From the NCBI GenBank assembly GCA_016934335.1, contig JAFGTC010000316.1:5488-69487 (forward strand): a DNA stretch of 64,000 bases, in the 5' to 3' direction. Every line of letters starts with the position of its first letter. Positions within the stretch are counted from its first letter, which is position 1. The translations under genes were made by a program, and so were the position numbers. This DNA comes from Candidatus Omnitrophota bacterium. GTDB lineage: Bacteria; Hinthialibacterota; Hinthialibacteria; Hinthialibacterales; Hinthialibacteraceae. The notes under the pieces were generated by a model that worked only from the letters and a program-made list of their open reading frames with translations, had not been told where the DNA came from and made no database searches. Below are positions 47,408-58,200 of the stretch, one piece after another.

Positions 47408-48856
47408 ATGAACAAATCATCCTGGAGCCGCCGGTCGTTTTGCCGTTATTTGGCGGGAGGCGCAGCCGCCTTGGCCGCGCCCATGAACCTTCATGCCGGC
47501 GCCTCGCCCGCCAAGCCGTGGAACTTTGTCTTCATTCTTGTGGATGATTTAGGATGGAGCGACCTGGGCTGCTACGGCGCCGATCTTCATGAAACGCCCT
47601 ATATCGATCGCTTCGCAAGCCAATGCACGCGCTTCAGCGACGCCTACGCCGCCAGCCCGGTCTGCACTCCCACCCGCGCCTCCATCATGACCGGCAAGCA
47701 CCCCGCCCGGCTCCACATGACCGTCTGGCGCGAAGATACGCTGAGACCTCCCAATCGCAATCGTAAACTCATAACGCCGCAATGCGTCAGCGACCTGCCC
47801 CATGACGAATTCACCATCGCCGAAGCGATGCGAACCTCCGGCCGCCAGACCGCGCACATCGGCAAATGGCACCTCGGCGGCGCGTCGCATTACCCCGAAA
47901 CCCAGGGATTCGACGTCAACATCGGCGGAACCCACTGGGGCGCGCCCAACAGTTTTTTCTATCCCTACCGGGGCGACGAATATTACGGCGAATACCGCTA
48001 TGTCCCCCATCTGGAATTCGGCGAGCCGGGCGAATATTTGACCGACCGTTTAACCGATGAAGCGCTGAACGTCATGGAGAAGATGAAGGACGATCCCTTC
48101 TATCTCCAACTGGCGTTTCATACGGTTCATTCCCCCATCGAAGGCAAACCGGAACTGGTGGAATATTATCAAAAGAAACGAAAAGCAGGCATGCATCATA
48201 AAAATGCAACATACGCCGCCATGGTGCACAGCCTGGATGAAAATGTGGGGCGAGTGCTGCAGAAAATCGATTCGCTGGGAATCGCCGATCGAACGGTGGT
48301 GTTCCTGTTTTCCGACAACGGCGGCGTCGCTAACGAAATCCGGGGTCAATTCGTCACCGACAACCATCCCCTGCGCTCGGGCAAAGGCTCGTTATACGAA
48401 GGGGGCGTCCGCGAACCTTTGATGGTGCGCTGGCCGGGCGTTACCCGGGCGGGGGCCGTCTGCCGCGAGCCGGTCTGTTCGATCGATTTCTATCCTACCA
48501 TGCTGGAGATCGCCGGCATCCCGGGCGACGCCGATCAAAACCGGCGCATGGATGGAATCAGTTTCGCCTCCCTGTTAAAAGATCCCGGCGCCCGGTTGGA
48601 TCGCGAGGCGCTGTATTGGCATTACCCGCATTATTACCCAACCACCACCCCGGTCAGCGCCATTCGCAAAGGAGATTGGAAACTGCTGGAATATTACGAA
48701 GACGGCCATTTGGAATTGTATAATCTCAAAGACGATCTTTCGGAAGTAAATGACCTCGTCCAAAAGAATCCCGGCAAGGCCGCCGCGCTGCACGCACAAT
48801 TACAAAACTGGCGCAGCCAGGTCAACGCCCAACTCCCGACCCCAGGCTCGCCATAA
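47408..48856 (+). CDS. Sulfatase (formylglycine-dependent), TAT-secreted
   Basis: TAT motif SRRSFCRYLAGGAAALAAP. Sulfatase signature VLVDDLGWSD...SPVCTPTRASIMTGK (C-x-P-x-R). GKWHLG. Confidence 0.9.
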   Translation: MNKSSWSRRSFCRYLAGGAAALAAPMNLHAGASPAKPWNFVFILVDDLGWSDLGCYGADLHETPYIDRFASQCTRFSDAYAASPVCTPTRASIMTGKHPARLHMTVWREDTLRPPNRNRKLITPQCVSDLPHDEFTIAEAMRTSGRQTAHIGKWHLGGASHYPETQGFDVNIGGTHWGAPNSFFYPYRGDEYYGEYRYVPHLEFGEPGEYLTDRLTDEALNVMEKMKDDPFYLQLAFHTVHSPIEGKPELVEYYQKKRKAGMHHKNATYAAMVHSLDENVGRVLQKIDSLGIADRTVVFLFSDNGGVANEIRGQFVTDNHPLRSGKGSLYEGGVREPLMVRWPGVTRAGAVCREPVCSIDFYPTMLEIAGIPGDADQNRRMDGISFASLLKDPGARLDREALYWHYPHYYPTTTPVSAIRKGDWKLLEYYEDGHLELYNLKDDLSEVNDLVQKNPGKAAALHAQLQNWRSQVNAQLPTPGSP

Positions 48857-48860
48857 TCGA

Positions 48861-50648
48861 TCAATCCACGCGCTTGATATGCACCGCCTTGAGATCCATG
48901 ACCGTCTCCCCGGGAATGGTCAGCGCTTTGACGCATAATTGCGTCCGGCCCTGGGGAAGACGCATGATCCCCAGATTCAATGGCGCCCATACTTTCTCAA
49001 AGACTTCCTTGCGGGGGACGCGGTCGGGGCTGGGAAGCGGCTCGGGATCGTGCGCTCGATCGACAATCCCGCCGATCTTCTTTCCGCCCGCTTCGACTTG
49101 AATCTTCGCGCCCAGGTTCTCTTCCGCGCATGTGTACATCAAGGTAATTTCATAATTCCCTTCGCGCACGACATCAATTTCCCAGGAAGGATAAGCCTCG
49201 ACGCTGGTCCAGTTCGTCACCCAATCGTTCGCCCAGCCGGACTTCCCGACATAACTGATTCCATCGCCCGCCTCCGGCATTAGAAACGCTTCATGCCCGG
49301 GAAGAACCACTTCGGGGCTTTCGGGACAGCCGACGGAAGTCGGGATGGGATCGAAGCCGTCCTTAGTCGCGTCTTTGTACCAGCGCTCGTATGCGGCGCG
49401 CAGTTTTTTCAACACGGCGGGATGCTCTTGCCCGACTTCATTTTTCTGCCCGGGATCGGCGATCATATCGTAGAGTTCCCATTTTTGCCCCTGCACATGA
49501 GCGCGCCAGCGCTGCGTGCGCGCCGAACCCCGATTCCCCCAATGAGTGAAGATCATGCGATCGGGCCAATCGCGGCCGTCGCCTTCCAAAAGAGACGCCA
49601 GGTTTTTGCCGTCCAGCGGCTTTTCCACATGCAGAGGCGCGCCGCACAGATGCGCGAGCGTAGGCAGCAGATCGAGGTGCGACGCGATCGGCTGAATCAC
49701 CCTCCCCGGCTCGATGCGCCCCGGCCAGCGTACGAACAGCGGTACGCGGATTCCGCCTTCATGAGCGCTTCCCTTGCGGCCTTTCATATCCCCGTTGTAA
49801 CGGTCGCTGTTGGGCCCGTTATCGGTCAGAAACAGAACAATCGTATCGCCCGCCAATTTTAACTGATCCAATGTTTGGAGCAGCCGCCCCAGGTTGTCGT
49901 CAACGTTCTCGCACATGGCGTAGGCGCAGGCCGTCGTATCGTCGAGCCCTCGCGCTTTGTATTTATCGAAATACCTATCAGGGACCTGCCACGGCGAATG
50001 AGGCGCATTATAGGGAACATAACAGAAAAACGGGCGGTCTCGATTCGATCGAATAAACTCGATGGCATAGTCGGTCAACGCATCCGTGATATAGCCCTGC
50101 GCTTTGAACGGCTTCCCGTTGCGTTCGAGAGTTGCATCGAAGTAATTGTTCCAATGCCCGGCGCAAAATCCGATAAATTCATCGAATCCCTGGCCGTTGG
50201 GATGCTGCGGATAATGGGCGCCGTTGTGCCACTTGCCGAAGCAGCCGGTTCGATATCCCGCCGCTCGAAGAATTTCGGCCAGAGTGGTCTCTTCGCTGCG
50301 CATCGTTTCATACCCGCGCGTTACGCCGTGCACGGCGGTGCGCAAGTGATAGCGGCCGGTGAGGAGGCTGGCCCGAGTCGGGGCGCAGACCGGGCTGACA
50401 TAAAACCGGTCGAATCGCGCCCCGGAAGCGGCCAATCGATCCAACACAGGCGTATCGATGAGATCATTGCCGTGCGAGTGGATGTCGCCCCAGCCCTGAT
50501 CGTCGGTCATGATCAAAAGAACATTCGGCTTCCCGGCGGACGATTCACTTGCGGATAGAGCATGCGGGATGGACAGACATCCCGCTCCCGCCGCCGATAA
50601 TCCCACTGCCGACAAAAAACCTCGCCTGGTCAAATCGGATCGATTCAT
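48861..50648 (-). CDS. Sulfatase (formylglycine-dependent), TAT-secreted, with extra C-terminal domain
   Basis: TAT motif LTRRGFLSAVGLSAAGAG. Sulfatase signature LIMTDDQGWGD...SPVCAPTRASLLTGR. GKWHNG. Convergent with the other sulfatase, only 4 bp apart. Confidence 0.85.
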   Translation of the reverse strand: MNRSDLTRRGFLSAVGLSAAGAGCLSIPHALSASESSAGKPNVLLIMTDDQGWGDIHSHGNDLIDTPVLDRLAASGARFDRFYVSPVCAPTRASLLTGRYHLRTAVHGVTRGYETMRSEETTLAEILRAAGYRTGCFGKWHNGAHYPQHPNGQGFDEFIGFCAGHWNNYFDATLERNGKPFKAQGYITDALTDYAIEFIRSNRDRPFFCYVPYNAPHSPWQVPDRYFDKYKARGLDDTTACAYAMCENVDDNLGRLLQTLDQLKLAGDTIVLFLTDNGPNSDRYNGDMKGRKGSAHEGGIRVPLFVRWPGRIEPGRVIQPIASHLDLLPTLAHLCGAPLHVEKPLDGKNLASLLEGDGRDWPDRMIFTHWGNRGSARTQRWRAHVQGQKWELYDMIADPGQKNEVGQEHPAVLKKLRAAYERWYKDATKDGFDPIPTSVGCPESPEVVLPGHEAFLMPEAGDGISYVGKSGWANDWVTNWTSVEAYPSWEIDVVREGNYEITLMYTCAEENLGAKIQVEAGGKKIGGIVDRAHDPEPLPSPDRVPRKEVFEKVWAPLNLGIMRLPQGRTQLCVKALTIPGETVMDLKAVHIKRVD

Positions 50649-50668
50649 GGTCGCTCTCCTCTTCAAAT

Positions 50669-52036
50669 TCAGGGCGCCGCGATTGCCCGTTGGACGCATT
50701 CTTCGACAACCTGTAATCCTTCCATCAACGCTTCTTCGTTGATGCACAGGGGTGGATTGATCTTGATCGCTCCCCCGCCGACGCCCACCGGAGCGAAAAG
50801 CATCACCCCGTTCTCCACGCAGTTCCAGACGATGCGCGATGCCAGTTCCTTATCCGGCGTCGTGGTTCCCGGCTCGACGACTTGAAGGGCCGCCACCAGA
50901 CCTTTGCCGTCCACTGCGCCGATGCGTCCGTTGGATCCCGCCATGATTTCGCGGCATCGCTGCAAAAGAGGCGCTTCCAAACGAGCGGCGTTCTCGATCA
51001 ATCCCTCTTTTTCAATAATATCGATGCTGGCCAGCGCCGCCGTGCAGCAGAGCGGATTGCCCGAATGGGTGCTGGTCATCTCGCCCGGGCCGTAGAGATC
51101 CATCACGTCCGCCCGGCCGATCACCGCCGAAAGCGGCAGGCCGCTGCTGATCCCCTTCCCGCAGCAGATCAGATCGGCGGAGACGCCGTAATGCTCGAAC
51201 CCAAACCACTTGCCGCAGCGGCCGAAAGCGGCCTGCACTTCATCGAAGATAAGCAGGACGTCATGTTCGTCGCACCATGCGCGCAAACGCTGCGCATACT
51301 CAATCGGCATAAAGGCGGCGTTGGCGCCGGGGTAGGTTTCCACCATCACGCCCGCAATCTTCTCGCCGCTCAAGTTCTTTTCCTCCAGCGATTTCAGAAA
51401 CAGATCGAACGATCGGTCGGTCACCCGGAAGCCGTCCGGATAGGGAACTTGAACCATGTCGGGATCCAAGTTCACGATCCAATCTTTCTGGGCCTGAAAT
51501 CCGCCGGCCATCTGTGCGCCCAGCGTGCGGCCGTGAAAATCGTTGATGAATCCCACGATGGTTATTTTAGAAGCGCCATGCCTGCGCTTGCCGTAGGTGC
51601 GCGCCAGTTTAACGGCGCACTCGGTCGATTCCGCACCGGTCGTCAGCAGAAACACTTTCTCCAAGGGAACCGGCGCCAGAGATGCGAGTTTCTTCACCAA
51701 TTCCACACGCGGCTGATTGACGAAGCAGTAACTATGCAAGAGTCCGCGATCGATCTGCGCATGCAGAGCGTCGCGCATCGCTTTGGGGCCGTGGCCGGCG
51801 TTGGTCACCAGCACGCCGCTGGAAAAATCAATCCACCGGTTGCCGTACGCATCCCACACCGAAAAATCCTCCGCGCGATCCCAGACAATCGGCGGCTGCC
51901 CGCTCATGGAGCGCGGCTCATGGCGGATCAGTTTTTCCAAAAGATCAACGCTCTCCGGAGCGGGAACGGGCGTCGCGATCCGGCGGTATTTTGTTTCCAA
52001 TTGTGCTAAATTTCTGTCGGGCATATCTGTCTCCAA
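50669..52036 (-). CDS. Class III PLP-dependent aminotransferase (aspartate aminotransferase superfamily)
   Basis: 455 aa. PLP Lys region ICCGKGISSG. Segments VLLIFDEVQAAFGRCGKWFGFEHYGVSADL and VTNAGHGPK. Antisense ORF 50882..52009 rejected. Confidence 0.85.
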   Translation of the reverse strand: METDMPDRNLAQLETKYRRIATPVPAPESVDLLEKLIRHEPRSMSGQPPIVWDRAEDFSVWDAYGNRWIDFSSGVLVTNAGHGPKAMRDALHAQIDRGLLHSYCFVNQPRVELVKKLASLAPVPLEKVFLLTTGAESTECAVKLARTYGKRRHGASKITIVGFINDFHGRTLGAQMAGGFQAQKDWIVNLDPDMVQVPYPDGFRVTDRSFDLFLKSLEEKNLSGEKIAGVMVETYPGANAAFMPIEYAQRLRAWCDEHDVLLIFDEVQAAFGRCGKWFGFEHYGVSADLICCGKGISSGLPLSAVIGRADVMDLYGPGEMTSTHSGNPLCCTAALASIDIIEKEGLIENAARLEAPLLQRCREIMAGSNGRIGAVDGKGLVAALQVVEPGTTTPDKELASRIVWNCVENGVMLFAPVGVGGGAIKINPPLCINEEALMEGLQVVEECVQRAIAAP

Positions 52037-52215
52037 ATTTCCATGAACGATGTTTGTTACTTACGATGCTGAACATCCGATTCGCCGCGGCATGAAATCC
52101 GAAAGCGCTTCCCCATGAAAAATGGCGCATTGGACAAATCAAATCAAGTCCAATGCGCCTTTCCATCCTATAAATACGACAAAAATATTCTGTCAAACCG
52201 GCAAGAACGCCTCAA

Positions 52216-54963
52216 TCAGTACAGCATGAAATTATCCACAGAAGTCACATCGCCTCGCTCCAACACGTAGATTGCTTGAATCTCCGCATTGGTCAGCCCC
52301 CGATCATATACGCGCACTTCATCAATAATCCCGGGGAAATAGCGATCCGCGCCGCCTTGGACGCTCATGCCGATGCGGAATTCTTGATCGGACAAGCCTT
52401 CTTCGGCCGCCGTGTCAATCAAAATGACGGTTCCATTGTCATTGGTGCCGGATCGTTGATCCAGCAGTCCATCTACATAATGTTGAAAATCAACTACATA
52501 TTGTCCGCCTTCGGGAAGAACGGAAGCGATGAAATGCCATTCTCCATCGTTAACAATCGTCGTACCTATATTGAATGTGCCTTGTATCTCGGTTCGGATC
52601 GCGCCCACCGTCCCGTTGCTCGCAGTGTTGTTAATGCGGAAATGCTCTTTTTGACCGTTGCCGGAGGACAATCCCCAACTGAGAATGCCGTGCGTGTTGG
52701 TCGCGGTTGATTGGATCCAGCACATGATTGTGCGCGGCGCGCCGCCTGCGATGCCATACCAGCCCGGGATATAGAGGCCGTCATCGCCGTCAAATTCCAG
52801 CGCCGTTCCTTGGACGCCTTCAACCCACTGCGGATCGCCCGCCCAAATTTCCGCATTTCTCCCTTGCCCGGAAGAGTCGGCGGCGGTCACGCCTTCTCCT
52901 TCATCAAAGGTCCAATGAGCGATCAAGCCGGACGTGACATCCTGTTGGTCGAGAATGTCTTGGGGCAGCAGCCCGGCAATCCTTATTTCCGCATCGCCGG
53001 AAATTTCGGCGTTATTCAATAAGCCCGAAAACTGCCCGACGATAATCGGATCAGTCGTGCTGGAAGGAACAGTGAGATCGTAGGTCAATTGAAATTCGCC
53101 GGTCTGATCCTCCACCGTCCACTCAATATCTCCATCGGCGTTCATGGCGGCCTCTCCCGCGCTGGTCTGGATATTCGAAACGGCCCAGCCTTCGGGAGGC
53201 GTCTCCACAACCGATATGGCGCCGGCTTCCCGCGTAAATACATTCACGCTGACGTTCAATACATCCTCGAACGTCGGCTGACCGTCGCCCGCAAACGACG
53301 CGACTCGAATCCCGCTCAGATCGATCAGATCGATTTCCGTATCAATGAAATAAAGATCGCTCAGCGAACCGTTCTCGTGCGCCGTCACCGCCAATCCGGC
53401 GTAAACCGGATCTTCCAAGTCTTCCAGAGTGATAGAGCCCATCGAGACTCGATCGCCCGCCTGATTGAGCATGTAAAAACTGACGATCTTGCCATTCCGC
53501 TCGATTTCGATATCGCCGAATTGGTCGCTGCTGCTGGCTTGAACCGTCACGGACGACTGGCCCTCGGCGGTTCGCGCCTCCGAAGAAACTGATAAGTCAG
53601 CATCCGTTAGAACAAAGATATATCCATACGACGAACCGGCGGAAAGACCGTTCCGAATCATGATCCCGCCTTTGGCGGAAGTGCTTGTACTGGATCCCGG
53701 ATCAATCCAGGCGTTGCCCTTGATAGTAAACGGACCGGAAAATTCGCTGAACAAGAAATGGAATCCGTCGGCGGTTCCCCACACGTCGGCGCCGCTTCCT
53801 GTGACGAGATATTCTTCTGCATCGCTGTTATATTCCGCGTTGCCGGCCGCGGAGACGCTTCCGATATCGGCGTGGAAATCAAACTCGCCGACGGCCCCCT
53901 GCAAAACAGTGATTTGCAGATCCCCATCGGTGATGAGTCCATTGAAATTCCCCGAAAAAACATTGGCTTCCGCGCCGTCCGCCGGCTCGGCGGTATAGGA
54001 AACCGATGAAACGGCGGAAGTAAGATTCCAGGTAATCACGCCGCCGTCCGCCGCGCCGCCCTCGCTGATGCCGCCGGCCGTCCATCCTTCGGGAAGGATT
54101 TCAACGAGCGCGCCGTCCGCCGGAGTGGGAATATCCAATGTCACTTCAACAGGCATTCCCGGCGCTGCAAAATCTGCATGCAGGGATCGAACGGCAATAA
54201 TTTGATTTACGTTTGCGTCTTCATACAGGGCTTGAATGTCTTCCTCGCTCAACGCCCGGCTGTATATGCGAACTTCATCGATGGCGCCGATATAATATTG
54301 ATCGGCGGCGCCCTGCAGGCGGCTGCCAAACGTCAAATCGGCGCCCGTATCCGTCGCCGTCATCACCTCGACCGTGTCGCTGCCGGTCCCGCTCATCGCT
54401 TCTTCGACGCCGTCGACATAATGAACAACGTCCTGCATGAACTGTCCTTCAAAAACGCAGACTGCATGATGCCATTGCCCGTCGTTGATGGGTGTAGAAC
54501 CTATGATGTAACTCCCTTCGATCTCCGTCCGTATTGCGCCGACCGTTCCGTTGCTCGAATCATGGTTGAGGCGCGTATGCCATTTCTCTCCCGTAGTGGA
54601 GAGCCCCCATCCGACAATTCCATTGGAGGCGTCCGCCGCCCAATCGGTCTTGATCCAATAACTGATGGATCGCGGCGAATTGCCGCCGATCCCTTTCCAT
54701 GGAACCGTGACGTCGTCGTCGCCGCTGACGTAAATCCCGTTGCCAAGTTTACCCGCATACCAGATGGGTTCGCCGTTGCGAAACGACCCATCGCGGCCGT
54801 TCGACGAAGAATCTTGCACCACCGTTCCTTCACCCTCATCGAAATTCCAATAGCCTTCCAATCCATTCGCCAGATCCTGACTTATTGCGCAGGGAGCGGC
54901 GACAAGACAAAGGGCTATCACCCACAGAATAGGCGTCTTCTTATCTCGCATTCTGCTTTTCAT
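52216..54963 (-). CDS. Secreted protein with two concanavalin-A-like/LamG lectin domains (internal duplication)
   Basis: Signal peptide. N-terminal LEGYWNFDEGEGTVVQDSSSNGRDG...SYWIKTDW...NGTVGAIRTEIEGSYIIGSTPINDGQWHH. Repeated as LIAHWTFDEGEGVTAADSSGQGRNA...MCWIQST...NGTVGAIRTEIQGTFNIGTTIVNDGEWHF. Confidence 0.7.
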   Translation of the reverse strand: MKSRMRDKKTPILWVIALCLVAAPCAISQDLANGLEGYWNFDEGEGTVVQDSSSNGRDGSFRNGEPIWYAGKLGNGIYVSGDDDVTVPWKGIGGNSPRSISYWIKTDWAADASNGIVGWGLSTTGEKWHTRLNHDSSNGTVGAIRTEIEGSYIIGSTPINDGQWHHAVCVFEGQFMQDVVHYVDGVEEAMSGTGSDTVEVMTATDTGADLTFGSRLQGAADQYYIGAIDEVRIYSRALSEEDIQALYEDANVNQIIAVRSLHADFAAPGMPVEVTLDIPTPADGALVEILPEGWTAGGISEGGAADGGVITWNLTSAVSSVSYTAEPADGAEANVFSGNFNGLITDGDLQITVLQGAVGEFDFHADIGSVSAAGNAEYNSDAEEYLVTGSGADVWGTADGFHFLFSEFSGPFTIKGNAWIDPGSSTSTSAKGGIMIRNGLSAGSSYGYIFVLTDADLSVSSEARTAEGQSSVTVQASSSDQFGDIEIERNGKIVSFYMLNQAGDRVSMGSITLEDLEDPVYAGLAVTAHENGSLSDLYFIDTEIDLIDLSGIRVASFAGDGQPTFEDVLNVSVNVFTREAGAISVVETPPEGWAVSNIQTSAGEAAMNADGDIEWTVEDQTGEFQLTYDLTVPSSTTDPIIVGQFSGLLNNAEISGDAEIRIAGLLPQDILDQQDVTSGLIAHWTFDEGEGVTAADSSGQGRNAEIWAGDPQWVEGVQGTALEFDGDDGLYIPGWYGIAGGAPRTIMCWIQSTATNTHGILSWGLSSGNGQKEHFRINNTASNGTVGAIRTEIQGTFNIGTTIVNDGEWHFIASVLPEGGQYVVDFQHYVDGLLDQRSGTNDNGTVILIDTAAEEGLSDQEFRIGMSVQGGADRYFPGIIDEVRVYDRGLTNAEIQAIYVLERGDVTSVDNFMLY

Positions 54964-55261
54964 GGTTCATTCCTCCCCTATAGGTATTTACCACTGATTA
55001 AAGAATCCTGCGATTCTACTTCTACAAAAGAATCTCTCAGATTCGATAGACCGAGTCAATAGCCGCAGAACGTTTGTTAAAAATTCAGGAGATTGGCTTT
55101 AGAAAAGCGAGTTGAACAGATTCTGGATTTAAGACATGATGAAGGGTGATGACAGAACGATTGCACCGGAAAATTTTTTGGCAAAAATCTCGTTGTTTTT
55201 GCAGAGTGTGATACACTGTATTCCATGGAATATCTGTAATGAAGCGTTGAGGATACAAACT

Positions 55262-58200
55262 ATGAAATTATTCGTATTTAGAAATATGGCGCGGCTGATT
55301 AAAAATGGGAGTGAGGGCTTCAAAGTACGGAAAAAACAGCGATTACTCATCCGGCTGCTCAGCCTCTTTTTTCTATTGACATCCCCCGCCCTCTGGGCGC
55401 AAGACCAGCCCCCCCGCATGGATATAGGCTACGGAAACATCTCCTCCGCTGCGTTCTCGATGTTTGGACATAATTTAATATATACTCCAGATTCAACAAA
55501 AATTGCTTTTTCTGGTGATAAAGGCGTATATATCTATGAATTTGATAAGAACAATTATGAATTAACGGCAGGCGCTAAATTATTATTAGAGGATACGACG
55601 GTTAATGACATAGTTTTTACAAAAGCAATGTTGCCGGATGATCAAGAACGACTGTTATTAGCATGCGCGGATGGTGTCATTCGGGTTTATAATCCTGAGA
55701 CGGGCGAAATAGTACAAATTTTGGAAGGTCACAGCGGTTCAGTATTAAAAATAATCGAAGGCTCTCTTCCAAACGAATATGTATCAGGTGATATCGATGG
55801 CAAGATAATTACATGGAAAATTCAAAGAACTAAAGAATTTTCGTTATATAAGAATATTGGAATTGGCAAACCCATTAAATCGCTTGACGCCTTCTTTGGA
55901 AATAATAATTACTGGATTATTGTTTCAACTCAAAACAGCCTCGAATTAAGAAATACATTAACAGGAGGCATCATTGATTCGCGGACGGAAACTGATTACA
56001 TCGATGACATGAAGTTTACGCAAGACGGAAAGTATGTATTGATTGCCGGCGATAATTCTGCCAAATTGCTTGACGCCTCCAATTTAAATAACAATCCTAT
56101 AATATCTTACGGTATCAGTTCAATAACAGAAATGAAGGAAATCCGATCTGTAGATTTCTCTTCTGACGAGTCGAAAGTTATCACGGGAGACGAATCCGGC
56201 GTCTATCGGATTTGGAATCGAAACAACGGGGCCACTCCAGTCTTAACAAATCAATCTCATTACAGCGCGATCCACACTTCCATATTTTCACCCGACATTG
56301 AAACATACGATTACTCACTCATCACAGCATCCAAAGAAAATGCATTTTTATGGCGATCATCTTCGGATTACCAAAATACCATCGAACGCTTCCCCTTCTG
56401 GGAGCATGACGACCATATCACGGATATTTGTATCACAAACGATAACCAATTTCTAATAACATCCGGAGCGAGCCGCACTATAAAATTATGGAAAGTAGAT
56501 TTAACTATTCCTTCATCGGAACTTTGGGGCGTCATTACAAAACATAGTAATGAAATCTCATCGTTTTCATACTCTCATTTAGAAGGATTTTCCAGTTCTT
56601 TAGTAACCTGCGATAAAGGAGGATTTCGCTATCTTTGGGATCTCTCCTCTCATCAGCCTTATATGGGTAAAGAGATTAATAATAAATATGGTAGCCTTTT
56701 TTCCGCCGACGAAGGGAAAAATGTTTTTTTATCTAATGTCTATTCTAACAAAGTTAACGGCGAACAATATTTATTGTCAGTGGGTTATACAGGCGAATAC
56801 GAACATAATGTCGGTAAGTTTCACTTAAACAGTCTGACAAGCGCCTCAGTAAACTTAAATGAAACAGATATTCAAGGATTATTAACAAGCGGTGATATTT
56901 CTCCAGACGGCAGCAGGTTTGTCACAGCGACAAAAGATGGAAAGATAAAATTATATAGCACAAACTCAGTATTGGCGCTCAATAGAATAAAAATTTCCTC
57001 CCCAGGCGATGTGTCTATTACAAGATTTATTGATGATGAAACAATATTTGTTGGAAGAAATACTGATTTTTATATTTTCCAATTCACTCATGATACAAGT
57101 ATCCTTTTACATCAGGAAACATTACAATCCAGGGGAATATCCTTTTCAAAAATAAAAAACATCGCCGCTCTACTAACCGGTGATCATGAAGTCCAGTTGA
57201 TCGATGTCACACCCGGCAGCGACAGCCTCCCGGGAATATATAAGGAAGACCTTTCCTCCCTTCCGAAACACAAGCAGGATTCCGAAAAAATCACCGCCAT
57301 CTCTCTGTCGGAAGACGGCAAATACTTAGCCCTGGGCCGGCAAAACGGCGCCGCTTCCGTCGTGGATATAGAAAGTCTCTGGCCCCAAGCCGCCTCCACC
57401 CCCACGCCGGTACCGCCAACCGATACGCCAGTTCCGCCAACCGATACGCCTGTACCGCCAACCGATACGCCCATTCCGCCAACCGATACGCCCGTACCGC
57501 CAACCGATACGCCCGTGCCGCCAACCGATACGCCGGTTCCACCGACCAATACGCCCATTCCGCCAACCAACACGCCGGTTCCTCCGACCAACACGCCGGT
57601 TCCACCAACCAACACGCCGGTTCCGCCGACCGATACGCCGGTTCCGCCGACCGATACGCCGGTTCCACCGACCAATACGCCCATTCCGCCAACCAACACG
57701 CCCGTTCCGCCAACCGATACACCGGTTCCACCGACCAACACGCCGGTTCCGCCGACCAACACGCCCACACCTACGCTGACATTCACGCCCAGCCCTACTG
57801 ACACGCCTTCGCCGACGCCTCCTCCCTCCGCCCCGCAATGGATCAGGGATATCCCCGACATTCGCTTGCTCCAGGGGCAGGCGGCCGAAGCGATTCTCGA
57901 TTTAGACGATTACGTCTACGATGCGGATACCCCGCTGAACGAACTGCAATGGAAATATTCCTCCGCGGACGGCATAGCGGCGTCCATCGATTCCGAACAC
58001 CGCCTCTTCCTGCCCGCGATCGAAACTACCGGCGAAGGCGGAACCCTGACGATCCAAGCCTCGGACGGGGCCAATCAAATCGAACAGCAGGTTCGCGTCA
58101 AAACTTCGTCGTTCCGAATCAAAACCAACCGGGAACTGCAATGCCCCATCGCGGTCATCCCCGGAAAAATAACCTATACCAGCCCTTACCGGCTGGACGA

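Noticed and set aside
46287-47420. 377-aa minus-strand ORF opposite the C45-like gene. Similar long antisense ORFs occur at 50882..52009 opposite the aminotransferase, at 15230..16141 opposite the transketolase, and at 49875..50558 opposite the sulfatase.
   Set aside because: All are shadow ORFs of high-GC coding regions. The opposite strand in each case has strong family motifs and sensible signal peptides.
57184-57861. Minus-strand ORFs 57184..57861 (225 aa, GVSVGGTGV... repeats), 57291..57770 and 57326..57838 (RRIGRRNRR... repeats)
   Set aside because: They are antisense reading frames of the 21-bp PT tandem repeat inside the giant plus-strand gene. Their periodic low-complexity sequence is an automatic by-product of the repeat.
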